Assembly (NCBI GenBank): GCA_965202585.1
Contig: OZ241829.1
Span: 77,810,001-77,874,000 of the forward strand
Reading direction: 5' to 3'
DNA: 64,000 bases
Source of the DNA: Thalia democratica
Taxonomy: Eukaryota
Part shown: positions 38,713 through 52,084 of the stretch, in pieces
How positions within the stretch are numbered: the first letter of the stretch is position 1
Layout: each line of letters starts with the position of its first letter
The notes under the pieces: generated by a model
Database searches by the model: none
What the model was told of the DNA's origin: nothing
Seen by the model: the letters and a program-made list of their open reading frames with translations, nothing else
Translations under genes and position numbers: made by a program

Positions 38713-41700
38713 TTTGCAGGGATAAAATTAGTGTAAAAAGAAGAAACTACAATTAAATAAAACACATTTTAAACCAAATCATATAATAGATGAGTAAAAA
38801 TTGTAAATTTCAACTAAATGTTTATTATAGAAATATACAAAGTTTAAAATGACAATTTAGTAAGTAATATTTATATATAGACTTAAAATAATAACTGGCT
38901 TTGATATATGACTTAATTTAGGTAAAAAAGTTTTTTGTTTATGTTTAAATAGTTTTATTTTTTCTATTAATATTGTTTTAGATGCGAAAAACAAAACTTA
39001 AAAAAATAGCGTTATTTATCTAAGAAAACAATTAAAGTTAAATCTTAAAAATATAATACTGATTAAAAATGTGGAGTAAATAATATGACTAAATATTAGT
39101 TATAAACCACTTATAATTTGTCAGCTTTAAAAATTGAAATGTATAGTCTATTACCAATATTAGATTCTGAATATTAAAAAAGTTTGAAAGAATTTAAATA
39201 AGTAGAAGCGTTAAAAAATAGTTGAGTAGTTTAAAATGTTCTAGTAAGTTTACAGTAGTTTATAGTTCATTCTATAGTTATAATATAATTTAGTTTACTA
39301 ACATGTTGTAGGATATTCCAAAATTTGATAAATTTTTATTAAATTTAACTAAAAAAACCTCACATTTTGTCATTTAATATCTAAATTATTTAAACCCATC
39401 CAATTATGACTTATATTTTATTACTTACAAGTAACAAGTTAAAAATTTCCTTTAACACTTTATTTCACAACACAGCAAACATTTATAAGATTACAATTTA
39501 TTTATAAGTAGTTTTACAGACAGTTAAGATGCAGTAACCTTTTAAGTAGGTATACATTTTGAACACTGTGCAAAATTGTGCACCAAACTGGCAAGACATG
39601 CCTCGGAAATTGTTGTCTTTGTTTACCTACATTAAGCCTAATGCAAATATTTAAAAGCTAATAAAATCTAAAAATAACTATTAAACCAAATACTTTCACT
39701 TAAAAAAACCATATTTGTTGAAAATTTATATAAGAAATTTTGAGTATTTAAATGGAAATATGTAGTTATTGATATTTATAGTCAGTCCACACAGATATTT
39801 TATCTATCAGTTACGTTGTAGGTTTGAATTACTTAGTACATATAACTGTTTACTTATTAAAAAAAGGTAGATGAACATTTAATCAAGCTTTTATCACATC
39901 TTGTTTATTGGAGATGAAAGTTTAATTTTATGAAAACATTTTTTTGTTCATTTATCAATTTATCTAAAAATCTTAAAATCTACACATTTATGTCAATTAT
40001 CAAAATTTAAATAATGAAGTTGATTTTTCCTCTTTTAATAGACAACTTGTCTTAATGTGAAACTACTTGAAATGCTAATTGAGATTCTAACTGTTTTTTG
40101 AATACTTTTAAAAATTTGAAAATCAGAATTTTTAACAACCGGCTACTATGGAGCTGACAAAAAAAAAGTTTTGATTACTTATTAAATTTCAAACTTTTTC
40201 AAACCTTAATTGTTTTTCAAAATTATACTTTTAAACTTATGACTTGTAATTTGGGTTTTAGTGAGTTCAATTTAATTTAGTAACAAAACTTTTATTAGTT
40301 TAACGAAAATCAAAAGTTTTAGTTTAATTACTTCTTACATTTAATACTTATTTATTATTTTTATATTATAAATCTAAACCTAAGAGTTAGTTAAAAGTGT
40401 TTTAGTAAAAAAACGAAATGTTTATTTTAACCTCAGGTTAACGAATATGCAAAGCATACTTCAAGAAATTAATATCACAAATAAATAATTATAAAATATT
40501 AAGGCTCATTTAGCCACACAAATACTTGAAAAATATACAAAACTAAACTAAATATCGTTTGTTGATACCGTCATTATTTAATTAATATTTTTATTACTTT
40601 TTTTTAATGAAAATTAAAATTTTGTTAGTAGATAAATAACAGTTTGAAGTTCTATGTAAAGGTTGTTTCTTTACTTTACTGATTATTTACAATACTTTAA
40701 GTTACTAGCTAATGCTTTGGTACTGGTCTATTTGAAGTAAAAATACTTTGGAAGCGCAAGAAAAATATTTACTTTTTATCAATACCAAATTAGATTTATT
40801 TTTAAATTAAATTATTATATTAAAAACATAAGCTTTGTTTATAAAGTGATCACTACGAGTTACTCTTTTGTTTAAGTTTAGAACTGTATAGACTTTATTT
40901 TAGCTTTATTACTGTGAAATTTATTTACTAAAAACTTTAGAATTTGAAACTTAAAATTTCTAAGACATACTAAATGGTCATGGTATAGTTGTTTGTTTTA
41001 ATACACAAGTATACTAGTCACTTAAACAAAGTAGTACATCTGAGTTGTACAGTTTTAATCAATAAAGATAACGAATGACTTAATAGCTAACGTTGCTCTT
41101 ACTATCAAAGATTAGCTACAGTTTACAAAAGAAGCAGAAGCTTTGTGAGGAAGTTTGTAAAACAGGGAAAGTGATTTTTGAAAACTCAGTTGTGTAAGAC
41201 TCGATAACCGAAAGTTCTGTTGTACACCACGTCCTTAGAACAAACTTTTGAGTTTTTTTAATATACAGTTAACCAACATCTTCAAGGTAAAGAAATAAAA
41301 CTATTTAAATATTTTTTGTATAACTAATGGTCTAATAGAAAATACTTAGATGAGCGAAAATACAATATCTTTTCGCATAGTTATATTAGTTTTATGATAC
41401 AAATTATTAAACTTTACAGTCATTCAGGTCCATAATCATTAGATATGTTCAACATAAGTAAAAAATGCAAAGTAATATTTTTTATGAAGTACATTCTAAT
41501 ACAGCTTTAATTATGTCTAACAAATTTGCAAACATGTATAAGCTGTTACAAAACTAGTTTAAATACTAATTTAATTTAAAAAATATATATATCACTTAAA
41601 AATTTCTACAAACCTAAAACATAAAAATCTGATCACTTTTAGTCTAATATGAAAATATACTATTTAAATAACAAAACAAATAGAATTGTTGGTGAAATAA

Positions 41701-42762
41701 GTTTGATATTAAAATAATTAATAAATATTGAAAATGTACGAATTTGCATTACCTATTTCCAGTTAAACGTAATTTTGATTAGTTGTAACTTTTTAACTTA
41801 ATTAAAAAAGAAGTAATACTACTTTGTCTGGTAAAATAACTAACTTTAACATAAGTATTTGGTATTAAAAAAAATGTTTTAGGTATATTTTATAATTAGT
41901 GAGCAAAGTAGTTTAATTTTAATTATTATGTACTTATTTTTAGTTGTCTATAGTTATAATTTATATGTATATTGAAATACTAATAAAAATGTTTAGAGCA
42001 TCTAAATAATTGTTGTATTTAAAAAAATAGTGTTTAACTTAAAATCCAACTTATTACTTGTATTAAAAAACATCATAACTTGTTGCGTTTAATATATTTA
42101 GTTATAAAATGTGACGTACTTTATTTAAATTAATAGAAATTCAATAGAGTACTGAAATACGACAGTAATCTATCTGTAATACTCTTTTGAACTTACTACA
42201 AAATTTTAAACTAAATGATTTGTTTTCAGCTAATACATCGTTTTGTTAAACGTTTTTACCTGAATACTTTTCGATTTTAGAATATGATTTTTTATATCTG
42301 ATATCCGTGGAAGTTTATTTATTTTAGTTTTCAGTGCTTACAAATTATGAGTAACTAAGTAAATTATTACTTAGTAAAACTAATTTATGACTTATTATTT
42401 TCAATTCAATATTTACGTTTCCTTTTATTGTTATCTAAAATGAACAGTACTTTTATGAATTATTTTAAATTTTAATTTAGTTTTAAATAAACATGATGAG
42501 ATAAAATTAAAGCTTTTAAAGTTTAGATACAGCTGTTTTACTAAAATTATTTAAAATATATGAAGCACTTGTTATTTAGAATCGATATATATAGTTTCTA
42601 ATTACAATATTAAAATTTTGAAATAGGCATATTTTTTTAATGATTCCTTTTGAAAAAAATATTTTGTTTCAGCTAATACATCTTACAATTTTCTTCATAA
42701 TTTGTTTTGTTTAATTTTAAACTCTAATATTTAGCTTTACCCTATATCAAAAAAAAACTATT

Positions 42763-43719
42763 ATGCATGAAAAAAACAAGTCGATTCCTTTCCAAGTACC
42801 AAAGGTTTTGTATGAAAACAGATATTGTAACCAAGAAGGCTTCAGTGTTTTGATTTGTGGAGGTGAAGACAAAAATGGGAAAGTTACAAACGAAGTTTTA
42901 GAATTGGAAATACCTAGTTTTAAAGTGAATAAATTTCCTTCAATGGTAAAACCACATTGCTACTTAGATTTAGTTATTATCAAATCTGATATACTTGCTA
43001 TTTGCTATTGTGAAGATCAAAATAACAACTTTGATTTGTCAGCTGTACCTGTTGAAATATATTCTGAAAAAACTAAAGCTTGGAATCATCAAAATTTGAA
43101 AATAAAAGAAGCGACTTGTTTTTGTGTTAGTTCATTCATGAATAAATTGTATATAATTGGAGGGTGGGATAAAAATAATTATAAAAATGTCAATTTGTGT
43201 TACACTTACAACATCAATAGTGATACATGGAATAAAATAGCGAATTTAAATATGGCAAGAGATTGTGCTGCTTGTACAGTTTTTGAAGGTAAACTTGTTG
43301 TTACTGGAGGTGAAAATGATTTGTCTCCGTTGAAATCAGCAGAAGCATATGATCATCATGAAAACAAATGGACTTATTTATCTGATATGATTGAAAAGAG
43401 ACGTTCTCATGTTGCAGCTAGTATGGGTAATAAAATGTTTGTTATTGGTGGAGAGCAAAATATAAATTGTGAAGTATTTGACTGTTGTTCGAGAAAGTTC
43501 ATAAAAATAAATTCAGAAATTAAAGTATCTGGTTTAGAAAGATGGTACTTTAATGCATTCAACATTGGCAACAATATTGTGGTATTTCTGGATACTCAAG
43601 AAGCTCTTACTGAAACAATTGTTTACTTGTATAATGTTGATAATGAAAAATGGGTAAAGAATCAGTGTGGTTTTAATATAAACATGATTGTATCAAATTA
43701 TGTGAAGTACTACATCTAA
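42763..43719 (+). CDS. K10: intact Kelch-only beta-propeller protein, 318 aa (inverted paralog of K6)
   Basis: Uninterrupted ORF, closely similar to K6 (AICYCEDQN, SPLKSAEAYDHHENKW). Confidence 0.9.
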   Translation: MHEKNKSIPFQVPKVLYENRYCNQEGFSVLICGGEDKNGKVTNEVLELEIPSFKVNKFPSMVKPHCYLDLVIIKSDILAICYCEDQNNNFDLSAVPVEIYSEKTKAWNHQNLKIKEATCFCVSSFMNKLYIIGGWDKNNYKNVNLCYTYNINSDTWNKIANLNMARDCAACTVFEGKLVVTGGENDLSPLKSAEAYDHHENKWTYLSDMIEKRRSHVAASMGNKMFVIGGEQNINCEVFDCCSRKFIKINSEIKVSGLERWYFNAFNIGNNIVVFLDTQEALTETIVYLYNVDNEKWVKNQCGFNINMIVSNYVKYYI

Positions 43720-44280
43720 CATTCAGCAATTAAAGGAGAAAAGTATTTCAATACAGTAAAAAATCAGTAAAGCTCGTTTTTCTTTTTTTGATTTATTTTC
43801 AAAAGTGCAACTTATTTACATGACAGGTTTCAAAGTTTTTTTTTAGAATACTTTCTTTTCGTAAGTTAACAAAGTTTTTATTTTTAGTATAAGTTTCCGT
43901 TTTTCGTTATAATAAACAGTATTAAACCAAACAATTTAGCAGTTATGGCATTTTTTAAACAAGTGATTTTGAGTAATTTAGGTTAGTTATGATAATAATT
44001 TTGAAAGTTTTTTTGTTTATTTGACTTTTATGAAGTTTATTTTTATGCTTGTTTATTGTAGCTACAAAATAAAAAAATTATCAAACACAAATATAAAACA
44101 AACATAAAAAAATATTTCAGTGTTACTCGAAATCTTTGTTAAAGTTAAAATGTTAAACTATACTTTAGTAAATTTAAAATTATTACTCAAATAATCAAAC
44201 AAATTAACGGCGTTTATCTGTCAGGCCTAAACCTGGACTTTATAAAGCCGTAAGTTCAAGCTAACAAAAAGGCCATTTCG

Positions 44281-44391
44281 ATAATCAGACAAGCCTTCGG
44301 TAGACTGGAGCTTTTACGGTTGTGACCGACTGACTAGTCTTGATTAAAAAAACCTGAAAAAGAATCTACCTAAGGCTTGTGGTCAGATTAT
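44281..44391. mobile_element. Inverted-repeat element, paralog of 18955-19083
   Basis: ATAATCAGACAAGCCTTCGGTAGA (44281-) pairs with TCTACCTAAGGCTTGTGGTCAGATTAT (-44391). Confidence 0.65.
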
Positions 44392-46155
44392 TAAAATCGC
44401 CAAACATGTTAACTCTAACAGCACATGTGCGTCCAAGCTGAATCCTGATTAATTTACAATGACGTTTTATTTGATCGCACACAAAACGAGCATACCAGCG
44501 GTTTAGCTAAATGTGACAATGTATTAAAAGTTGCACGGAATATTCAGTTCTGACGTCACTGACCACGCCAGCAAACGGTAGCTTGACTGTAAAACAACAT
44601 TTTGTTGATGACAACTGCGAGTTTTTTAATTGTGACTGGCTGGTGAGTCCTACAAGCGTCTCAATCTATTAAAGGCTTTTGGTCTGATGATCGAATGGTA
44701 TGTACAATCGTTTTGTTAAATTTAGCTCATGTAATAAACATTATACTTTATATTGTACATGCTTTTTCTCTAATTATAAAAAAAACTAATTAGTTAAAAC
44801 AATGTGATACATAAAAAACGTTAATTTCAATTGAAAATTATATCAATTGTAGAATAAAGAGTATGTTCAATAAAAGTTAACAACTTTAAAATAACATCTT
44901 TCAACCACTTTTCTAATAAGCCAAAATATAAAAACAGAACTTTTTTGATTTAAGTTACATCTAAAGTTTTGATAAATTACCTGTAACATTAAATCTATGT
45001 GAAAAAGCTTAATTTGTATAAAAACTATAAGTCAAAATTGTTTTTTTAATTTTTCTTCTTGTTAACATTAGAGTAATTGAACTTCAAAATTAATCGGCTT
45101 CTGAGTTTATTCCGTACTAACTGAACTTTACAACAGATTACTTGACTAGATAATGTATTATTTTAGTAATATATTTACCTGTTTTCCTTTAAAAGTTTGG
45201 ATATTGTAATTTAAGTAAATTTACTTAAATTACAGAAAATTTCAGGAAAATCGAAATATTTGCATCATTCTTGAACAATTATTGTCTAAAAATTTGATCT
45301 ACCGTTAATTTTTTTTTCAAACCTTCCAAAGTGATTTTTTAGTTAAAATGTTTCAAATTTAAACTGTTTAGTTATTTTATTATAAAATGTTGTGTAGGTT
45401 AAATAAAATTATAGTTTTATTTATGATTTTAAAACGTATATCTAAGTAAAACTGAGCTTGTGAACCTAGTTTAAAAATAGCTAAGTGAGGTGTAAGCCCA
45501 AGAAACTCTTTTAAAACTTTATTTGTCACAATGTTTAACAAATTTATATACAACTATGTTTAACTTTGCATTCAAATGCTTAATATAAAATACCTTGTAA
45601 AGTTTCCAATTAGTTTTTTTGTCGCCGATATTTATCAAGTTCAATACAAAAATTTATAAAATTATTTTATTTCTAAGACAACAGTAGTAGGTGACGTCAT
45701 TTAAAAATTTAAAATTGTAGAATTTGTTTTTCGTTCCTTCTAATCAATTTTTAACGAGGGTTATTTTGGCTCGTTTAGTTTTTTTTTGTAATTTTTGAAA
45801 AACTTCCAAACCTTAGATCCAATTACTTTCCTTATCTTCAGAGCTAAATTAGATTTTCAATTCTAGAGAATGCTCCTTTGCCTTAAATTAGAAAAAAATC
45901 ATTGTATTGGGGTTTGAATTTAGTAGTTGAACCCCTTTAAAAATTTACCGTTATTTTAATATTTTACCTATCTTAGATTATCCCAAAAAATATTATACTA
46001 TAATAATATTTGATAATAGCAACTTTGTGTTTTACATAATATAAATAAACAAATCAAATTTGTTCAAAATTTAAGTAAAATTATTTGAACTTACATTAGA
46101 GGTGACGTCAATATAATACAAAAACAAAAAAAAATCAAACTTGCAATCCTTAGAT

Positions 46156-46200
46156 CAGAGGTCGGCAAGCTTGAGGTACTTGCGAGCGAAATTTAGAGTT
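46156..46200 (+). mobile_element. hAT-like terminus remnant
   Basis: CAGAGGTCGGCAAGC, similar to the terminus at 25045. Confidence 0.3.
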
Positions 46201-48074
46201 TAAATCATTTTCGCAGTTTTAGCTTTGATAACGCATTTAAATTTGTTTACTTTTAGTTTTATCAGTCTGATACTTGAGTCAGAGTGAGTTTTAAAAATAC
46301 TTGTTATTAATAAGTAAAGTTGTGGTTTTGGTCTTAATGCACTCACTATCTGTCTAAACAACTAATATTTTATGCATAGTTATTTAACTACTTAACTATT
46401 ACTTAGCATCGTAACAAATAAACTTTAAAGTAGTCTTAGACTACGTTTTCTTTATTGTCCTCATCAATCTCTTTTTATAATTATAACTTGAACATAGTTA
46501 AATGTAATTTATTTAGTTTATACAACATATCTTACTTAATGGTACTTTATGTTTAATATTGTTAATTTTGCTAACTGCGGGATCTAGTTACCCTAAGATA
46601 CCTTCCCCCCACAAGTTACTTTTAAGCCAAAAACTTATCTTTATATAAATTTGATAAGAAATTTTTAATGGTATTAGCTAACAACTAAGCTCATGATTAA
46701 AAAACTGCTAAGTTTTATTAGATTTTAGTGTTATTTTTATTTATAACAGAATGAAAATATATGCGATGAGGTAATATGATAATAAAGCAAAATTTTAAGA
46801 TCATCTATACCATTATGCCTAACCAATCTTTTAAAAAATGTTTAATCTACACCGTAATCCCTAACCCACCGTACCAAAACAAAGAAAAAATAAACCGAAA
46901 AAAAAGTTTTACTACTTAAAACTTGAAATAAATAAAGTTTTATTCAATCAGTTAAAGCGACCTTAGGTCTGCAGCCGGCGCGTTAGTTTGTATATATTTA
47001 GTCTTTATATCGTAATGATTAATAATTGACCTATAAACGTTTAGATAGAAAACGTACAGCGCAATTTTAATGTGCAAGCCCAAAGATCAAAACATGAATA
47101 TAAACTATTTAAAAAGTTATGCAAAATTAAGCGAAAAATAATATAAATGCAGTTAACGTTTACATACATCATTATTGTAGTATAAGTGTTGACAGTTTAT
47201 AAAAAAAATTCTAAATGATAAATGAACATTAATAAAACTTTATAATCTTAAACTATCTTTTTCATTAAACAAAATTTGGTAAAAGCTTGATGAAACATTC
47301 ATAAAACTTTTAATCAAACTACTATAAGTACTACGTATATTTTAAGCCTACAAGAAAACTGAAGATAGATTTAAAAACTGTGTAGGCTGACTATAATTAT
47401 CAATAATTAAATATTTACGTTTAAATACTCAATATTTCTTATATCCTTTCTTAAAATTATTTTTTTAAGTGAAAGTATTTGTTTTTGGGGATTTTGTTTA
47501 AACAGTTATTTTTAAATATTGTTGTTTTTAAATTGATGCGTTAGGCTTAATGTAAATAAATAAAATAAAATAAATTCGAGGTACGTTTTGCCAGTTGCCA
47601 GTATTTAGTATCTAAATTAGGTGATAGTCTCTATGTTTCGATTTTAAAACTGACAAACTATGAGTGATTTATAACTAATATTTAGTTAAACATATTATTA
47701 ACTTTACACTTTTAATCAGTAATATGTTTTTATAACATTTAATTTTATTGTTTTCTCAAAAAAACAGTACTATTTTTTTAGGTTTTTTAATGTAACTTTA
47801 ATAATATTCATAGAGAAAATTTAAATTTTTAAGGATGAACAAAATATGTGTTTACCAAATTTTAGTTAAACATCAAAGACATATAATGTTTTAAGTCTAA
47901 GTATAAGTATTACTTACTTAATTGTTACTTTAAACTTTGCAAGTTTTTATAATAAACGTTTATAAATAAATTTATAATTTTCATTCACCTGTTATGTAGT
48001 TTTGCTTAAAATATGTTACATTTAATTAAAGTTTTTTGTTTTTAGACTAATTTTATCCCTGCAAAATATCTATT

Positions 48075-49055
48075 ATGCATAAAAAAAGCAAGTCAACTCT
48101 TTTTAATGTGCCAAAAGTTTTGTATGAAAACAGATATTGTAACCATGAAAGCTTCAGTGTTTTGGCTTGTGGAGGAGAAGACAAAAATGGAAAACTAACA
48201 AACAAAGTTTTAGAATTGGAAATTCCTAGTTTTAAAGTAAATTCCCTTCAATGGCAGAACCGCATTACTATTTACGTTTAGTTAATACCAAATCTGATAT
48301 ACTTGCTGTTAGTGATAGAGCAGTTTCAAATAAAATTTCAGATGAGTCAGTTGTATCTGTTGAAATTTATTCTAAAAAATCCAAAACTTGGACTCATCAA
48401 TATTTGAAAATGAAAGAACGGTCTTGTTATTGTATTACTTCATTCAAGAATAAAGTGTGTTTAATTGGAGGATATAATCAAAACAAGGAGAAATATCTTA
48501 ATTCGTGTTCTACTTATGATATCAATAGTAAAACATGGAATGAAATAGCAGATTTAAATGAAGCAAGAGGTTTTACGGCTTGTGCAGTTTTTGAAGGTAA
48601 AATTGTTGTTACTGGTGGCTACATCTATACTCAAGGAAAGTTGAAATCAGTAGAAGCATATGATTTTACGAAAAAAATGGAATTATTTACCTGATATGAT
48701 CGAAGTAAAATTTAATCATGCTGCAGTTAGTATGGGTAATAAACTGTTTGTTATTGGAGGAGATAAAACTACAAGCTGTGAAGTATTTGAAAGTTATTTA
48801 AGAAAGTTTACAAAAATTAATTCAGAAATTAAACTTTTTGATTGGGAAATATGCCATTTTTCTGCATTTAGCATCGGAAATAGCATTGTGGTATTTCAAA
48901 ATTTCGAAAGTTATCTGACAGAAACAATCATTTACTTGTATGATATTGATAAAGAAAAATGGTTAAACATTCAGTGTGATTTTACTAAAAACATGTCATA
49001 TTCAAGTTTTGTAAAGTACTACACTTTATTGTCAGAAACTATAGAAACACGTTAA
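48075..49055 (+). pseudogene. K11: Kelch pseudogene, near-identical to K1, with two frameshifts
   Basis: 4-nt deletion near 48240 (GTAAATTCCC vs GTAAATAAATTCCC) and net 2-nt loss near 48665-48678, giving ORF fragments 48075-48281, 48251-48694 and 48660-49055. Confidence 0.9.
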
Positions 49056-49309
49056 ATAAAGTAGTAATAAAAGCTATTTTCATTTTGTTTCATATAAACT
49101 TTAACCTACTTTCGTGACTATTTTTTTGATTTTAGCTTTAGATGACTTTGTTTCTTTTATTTTTTTTGAAATATTAGTTTATTTAAAAACATTAGTTTTT
49201 GTTTTAATAACGCATATTTAATAAAAATGTTATTAGTTTATATTGACTTATAGTTGGTTATCAGAGTAATTATTTATAATTTGTTTAATGTTAGCTTATC
49301 AGATTAATT

Positions 49310-50400
49310 TTTTATAATGCTTTATTGTTACCCAGACTAGGAGCCTCACTGGTTTCTTTCGAAATTGCCTCGGTTTCAGTCTCAACAATCTCATCGGATT
49401 CCAGGTTAGCAGTAGTCTCGGAACAACTTATTTCGGTGCGCGACCGAGTTCTGGGTGCTTTCAGGACTAATGCCTTTTTTAAGGGTTTTAAGGACGTAAT
49501 TAAATAATTATTTAACTAAACATAATGAAAATAAATAATGTTGGTTTATTATGTACAAATACGCAATGACAGCTCACAATAAGTATAGACACTTTATGTT
49601 AACAAATAGAAGGAAAATGTGCTTCGGATTCCCCCCTTGACACGTCACTGGTCTCAGGTCGCTCAGCTTCTGGCATTCGACGTTGGTCCGTCTCGTTTGC
49701 AGAATCTTGCTAAACGTTGCGTGGTCTGTTTTCCTTTCCTTTCCGTAATCGGAGCGTGGTGATAAAATACGATATTAAATAGGCACGATGATATAAATAT
49801 GTATAAATATTACAATACAAGTACAATAGTGAATAAATGCGGTGATATAAATATATTTAAATATTACAATGCAAATACAATAGTGAGTATATATGATAAT
49901 ATGAATATATATAAACAATACGATAGAATTAAACAGTATGAAAGCAACTTGTTCGTAGAAGTGTAGCTAAGGTTGACGCCCAGTCTGTGTGGGTTTACTT
50001 GCGGAGATAGTTGTTCACTTTAATCTGATTGAACGCTGTGACTCAATCGTGGAGTCCAGCTTAGAGTATTTGATGAAAGAGTACTTCCAGTACTTAAATT
50101 CTCGATTCCACAGAATGCGTGGGCTTCTTCGATTAGGTGGTTGTTGAAATCTTCTTGCTTGAAGATTGACGATGTTACTTCTTTTGCGGAGCAGAGTGTC
50201 GCTTCGTGCTTGTTTCGAGGTGGATTGCCCGCTTCATGCTCTGATCAGGCGTATTTATAGATTTTGAATTCTTTTTCTAGAATTTTCCATAAATCACACG
50301 ATCTCTTATTTGATTCTCTCATTTTCCTGGACTTTGGACGGTAGATCACTTGATCTCACATTTTATTTTCTCATTTTCAATTAGCCACACCCATTAACAA
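49310..50400 (-). other. Duplicate of the GC-richer coding-like insert at 2905-3970
   Basis: Near-identical sequence; stop codons fall at different positions than in copy A. Confidence 0.35.
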
Positions 50401-51592
50401 GCAATTTCCAGTTCAACCAAGAAATCAAAGACAACAATCATTTTAACTAGCACTTATTTTGTTTGTGACAAATAGTTTTTTCTTTGGAAATCAGTTTTAC
50501 TATATTTATTCATTGTTTTTTTTTAAAGAAAAATATAATATCAAGTGAAAAAAATTAATTCCTTTAAATTATAAAAATTTGGACACAAGGCAAAATTAGA
50601 TTTTGCACAAGTGTCCTACAGCTTTATTAAAAGTATATTTAGATGTAAATACAACTCATACCAAATGAAGTTTGTGGTATAAGAATTTTTTCTATAAAAC
50701 AAAATTAAAATGTTTCTAGAATGAAGTTTTAGCTACAAAAATTTTCGAGGCCTATAGTTAGATAGATTGTTACTTAGTTTTACCTTCACATGTAGGATTT
50801 AAATTTAATACTAATTATTTAGTCGTAAGTTTTTAACATTGAGTAAAATACTTATGTCGTAATACATACAGTTTCGATATTTTTACAATTTTTTAAACTA
50901 CAACTTTTTTTTATCACTTTTATTGTAAGAAAAGTGAAATTCCAACATCAATGGTACTGAAGAAAACTATATTAAAAAAACATTGTATTATTTCTTTTAC
51001 TTCGGTTTCATAAAGTGCAATTTTCAATCTTTCAGTCTTTTTATATATCGTTAATTTGTCGTAGTCATTTACTAGCACCCCCATTTTATCATGACATCTG
51101 TAAGAAATTCAGAGCTTAAAAAATATAACAAAATATAGTAAATCTTTTTAAGTTTTGATTGAGTTACACTTTTACCGATTTTTTTGACTATTTTATTTCT
51201 AGATAATTTAATTTCACTTACATTCATAAAATACCATCTTGTTTTTTAAAAAAACCTGTTAATTTAAGAATATATAAAAATGTTATCAGATACTAGCTTG
51301 TTATTTTAGTATTCAAAGAGTTTATCGAGTAATTTAGTAGTTATTTGGTAGTGTAAATAATATAAGTTTCTCATAGATTATTGTTTTATTAATAGTTTTA
51401 TTAAAAGTATTTTTAATTTTTTAACTTCAACATAAACTAAATAATACTTGTAGTATATGATATAATATTGTAAAGTAAAAGTTTCGTCTTTAAACCGAAA
51501 ATTTTCAAAATAATGAATCAGAAAATAAAGACTTTGAATATGTTAAAACATATGAATGAGAAAACCCTTAAGGATAGTCTGTTTAAGTCTGC

Positions 51593-52084
51593 AAATTTAG
51601 ATGGAACAAAATAAATAGTTTAAATGCAGCAAGAGGTAGTGCTCAATGTACAGTTTTTGAAGGTGAAATTGTTGTTACTGGGGGCTACTACTATCCTCAA
51701 GGAGAATTGAAATCAGTAGAGGCATATGACTATTATGAAAACAAACGGACAATTGTATCTGGTATGGTCGAAAAAAGATGTAATTATGCTGCAGTTAGTA
51801 TGGGTAATAAAATGTTTGTTATTGGTGGAGAACATACAACAAATTGTGAAGTATTTGATAGTTTTTCAACAATTTTCACAAATATTTGTTTAGAAATTTA
51901 TCCTGATGAAGAAAAATGTTTGTTCGGTGCATTTAGCATTGGTAACAATATTTTGGTTTTTGAAATTCTATTTTAGCAAACAAAAGTTTACTAATATGAT
52001 GTTGATAAAGCAAAATGGCTAAAAGTTCATTGTGATTTTACTAAAAACAAATTTGACGCCAGATATGTTAAGTATTACATCTAA
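51593..52084 (+). pseudogene. K12: 5'-truncated Kelch fragment (duplicate of K2; K8-like)
   Basis: Same truncation junction as K2 (AAGTCTGC|AAATTTAGATGGAAC). Carries GGYYYPQGELKSVEAY as in K8 and ends TAA at 52082-52084. The 3' flank to about 53225 is homologous to the K8 flank 33540-34625. Confidence 0.9.

Noticed and set aside
45815-45845. Minus-strand CTGAAGA-TAAG-GAAA as a hammerhead core
   Set aside because: No stem II or stem III pairing.
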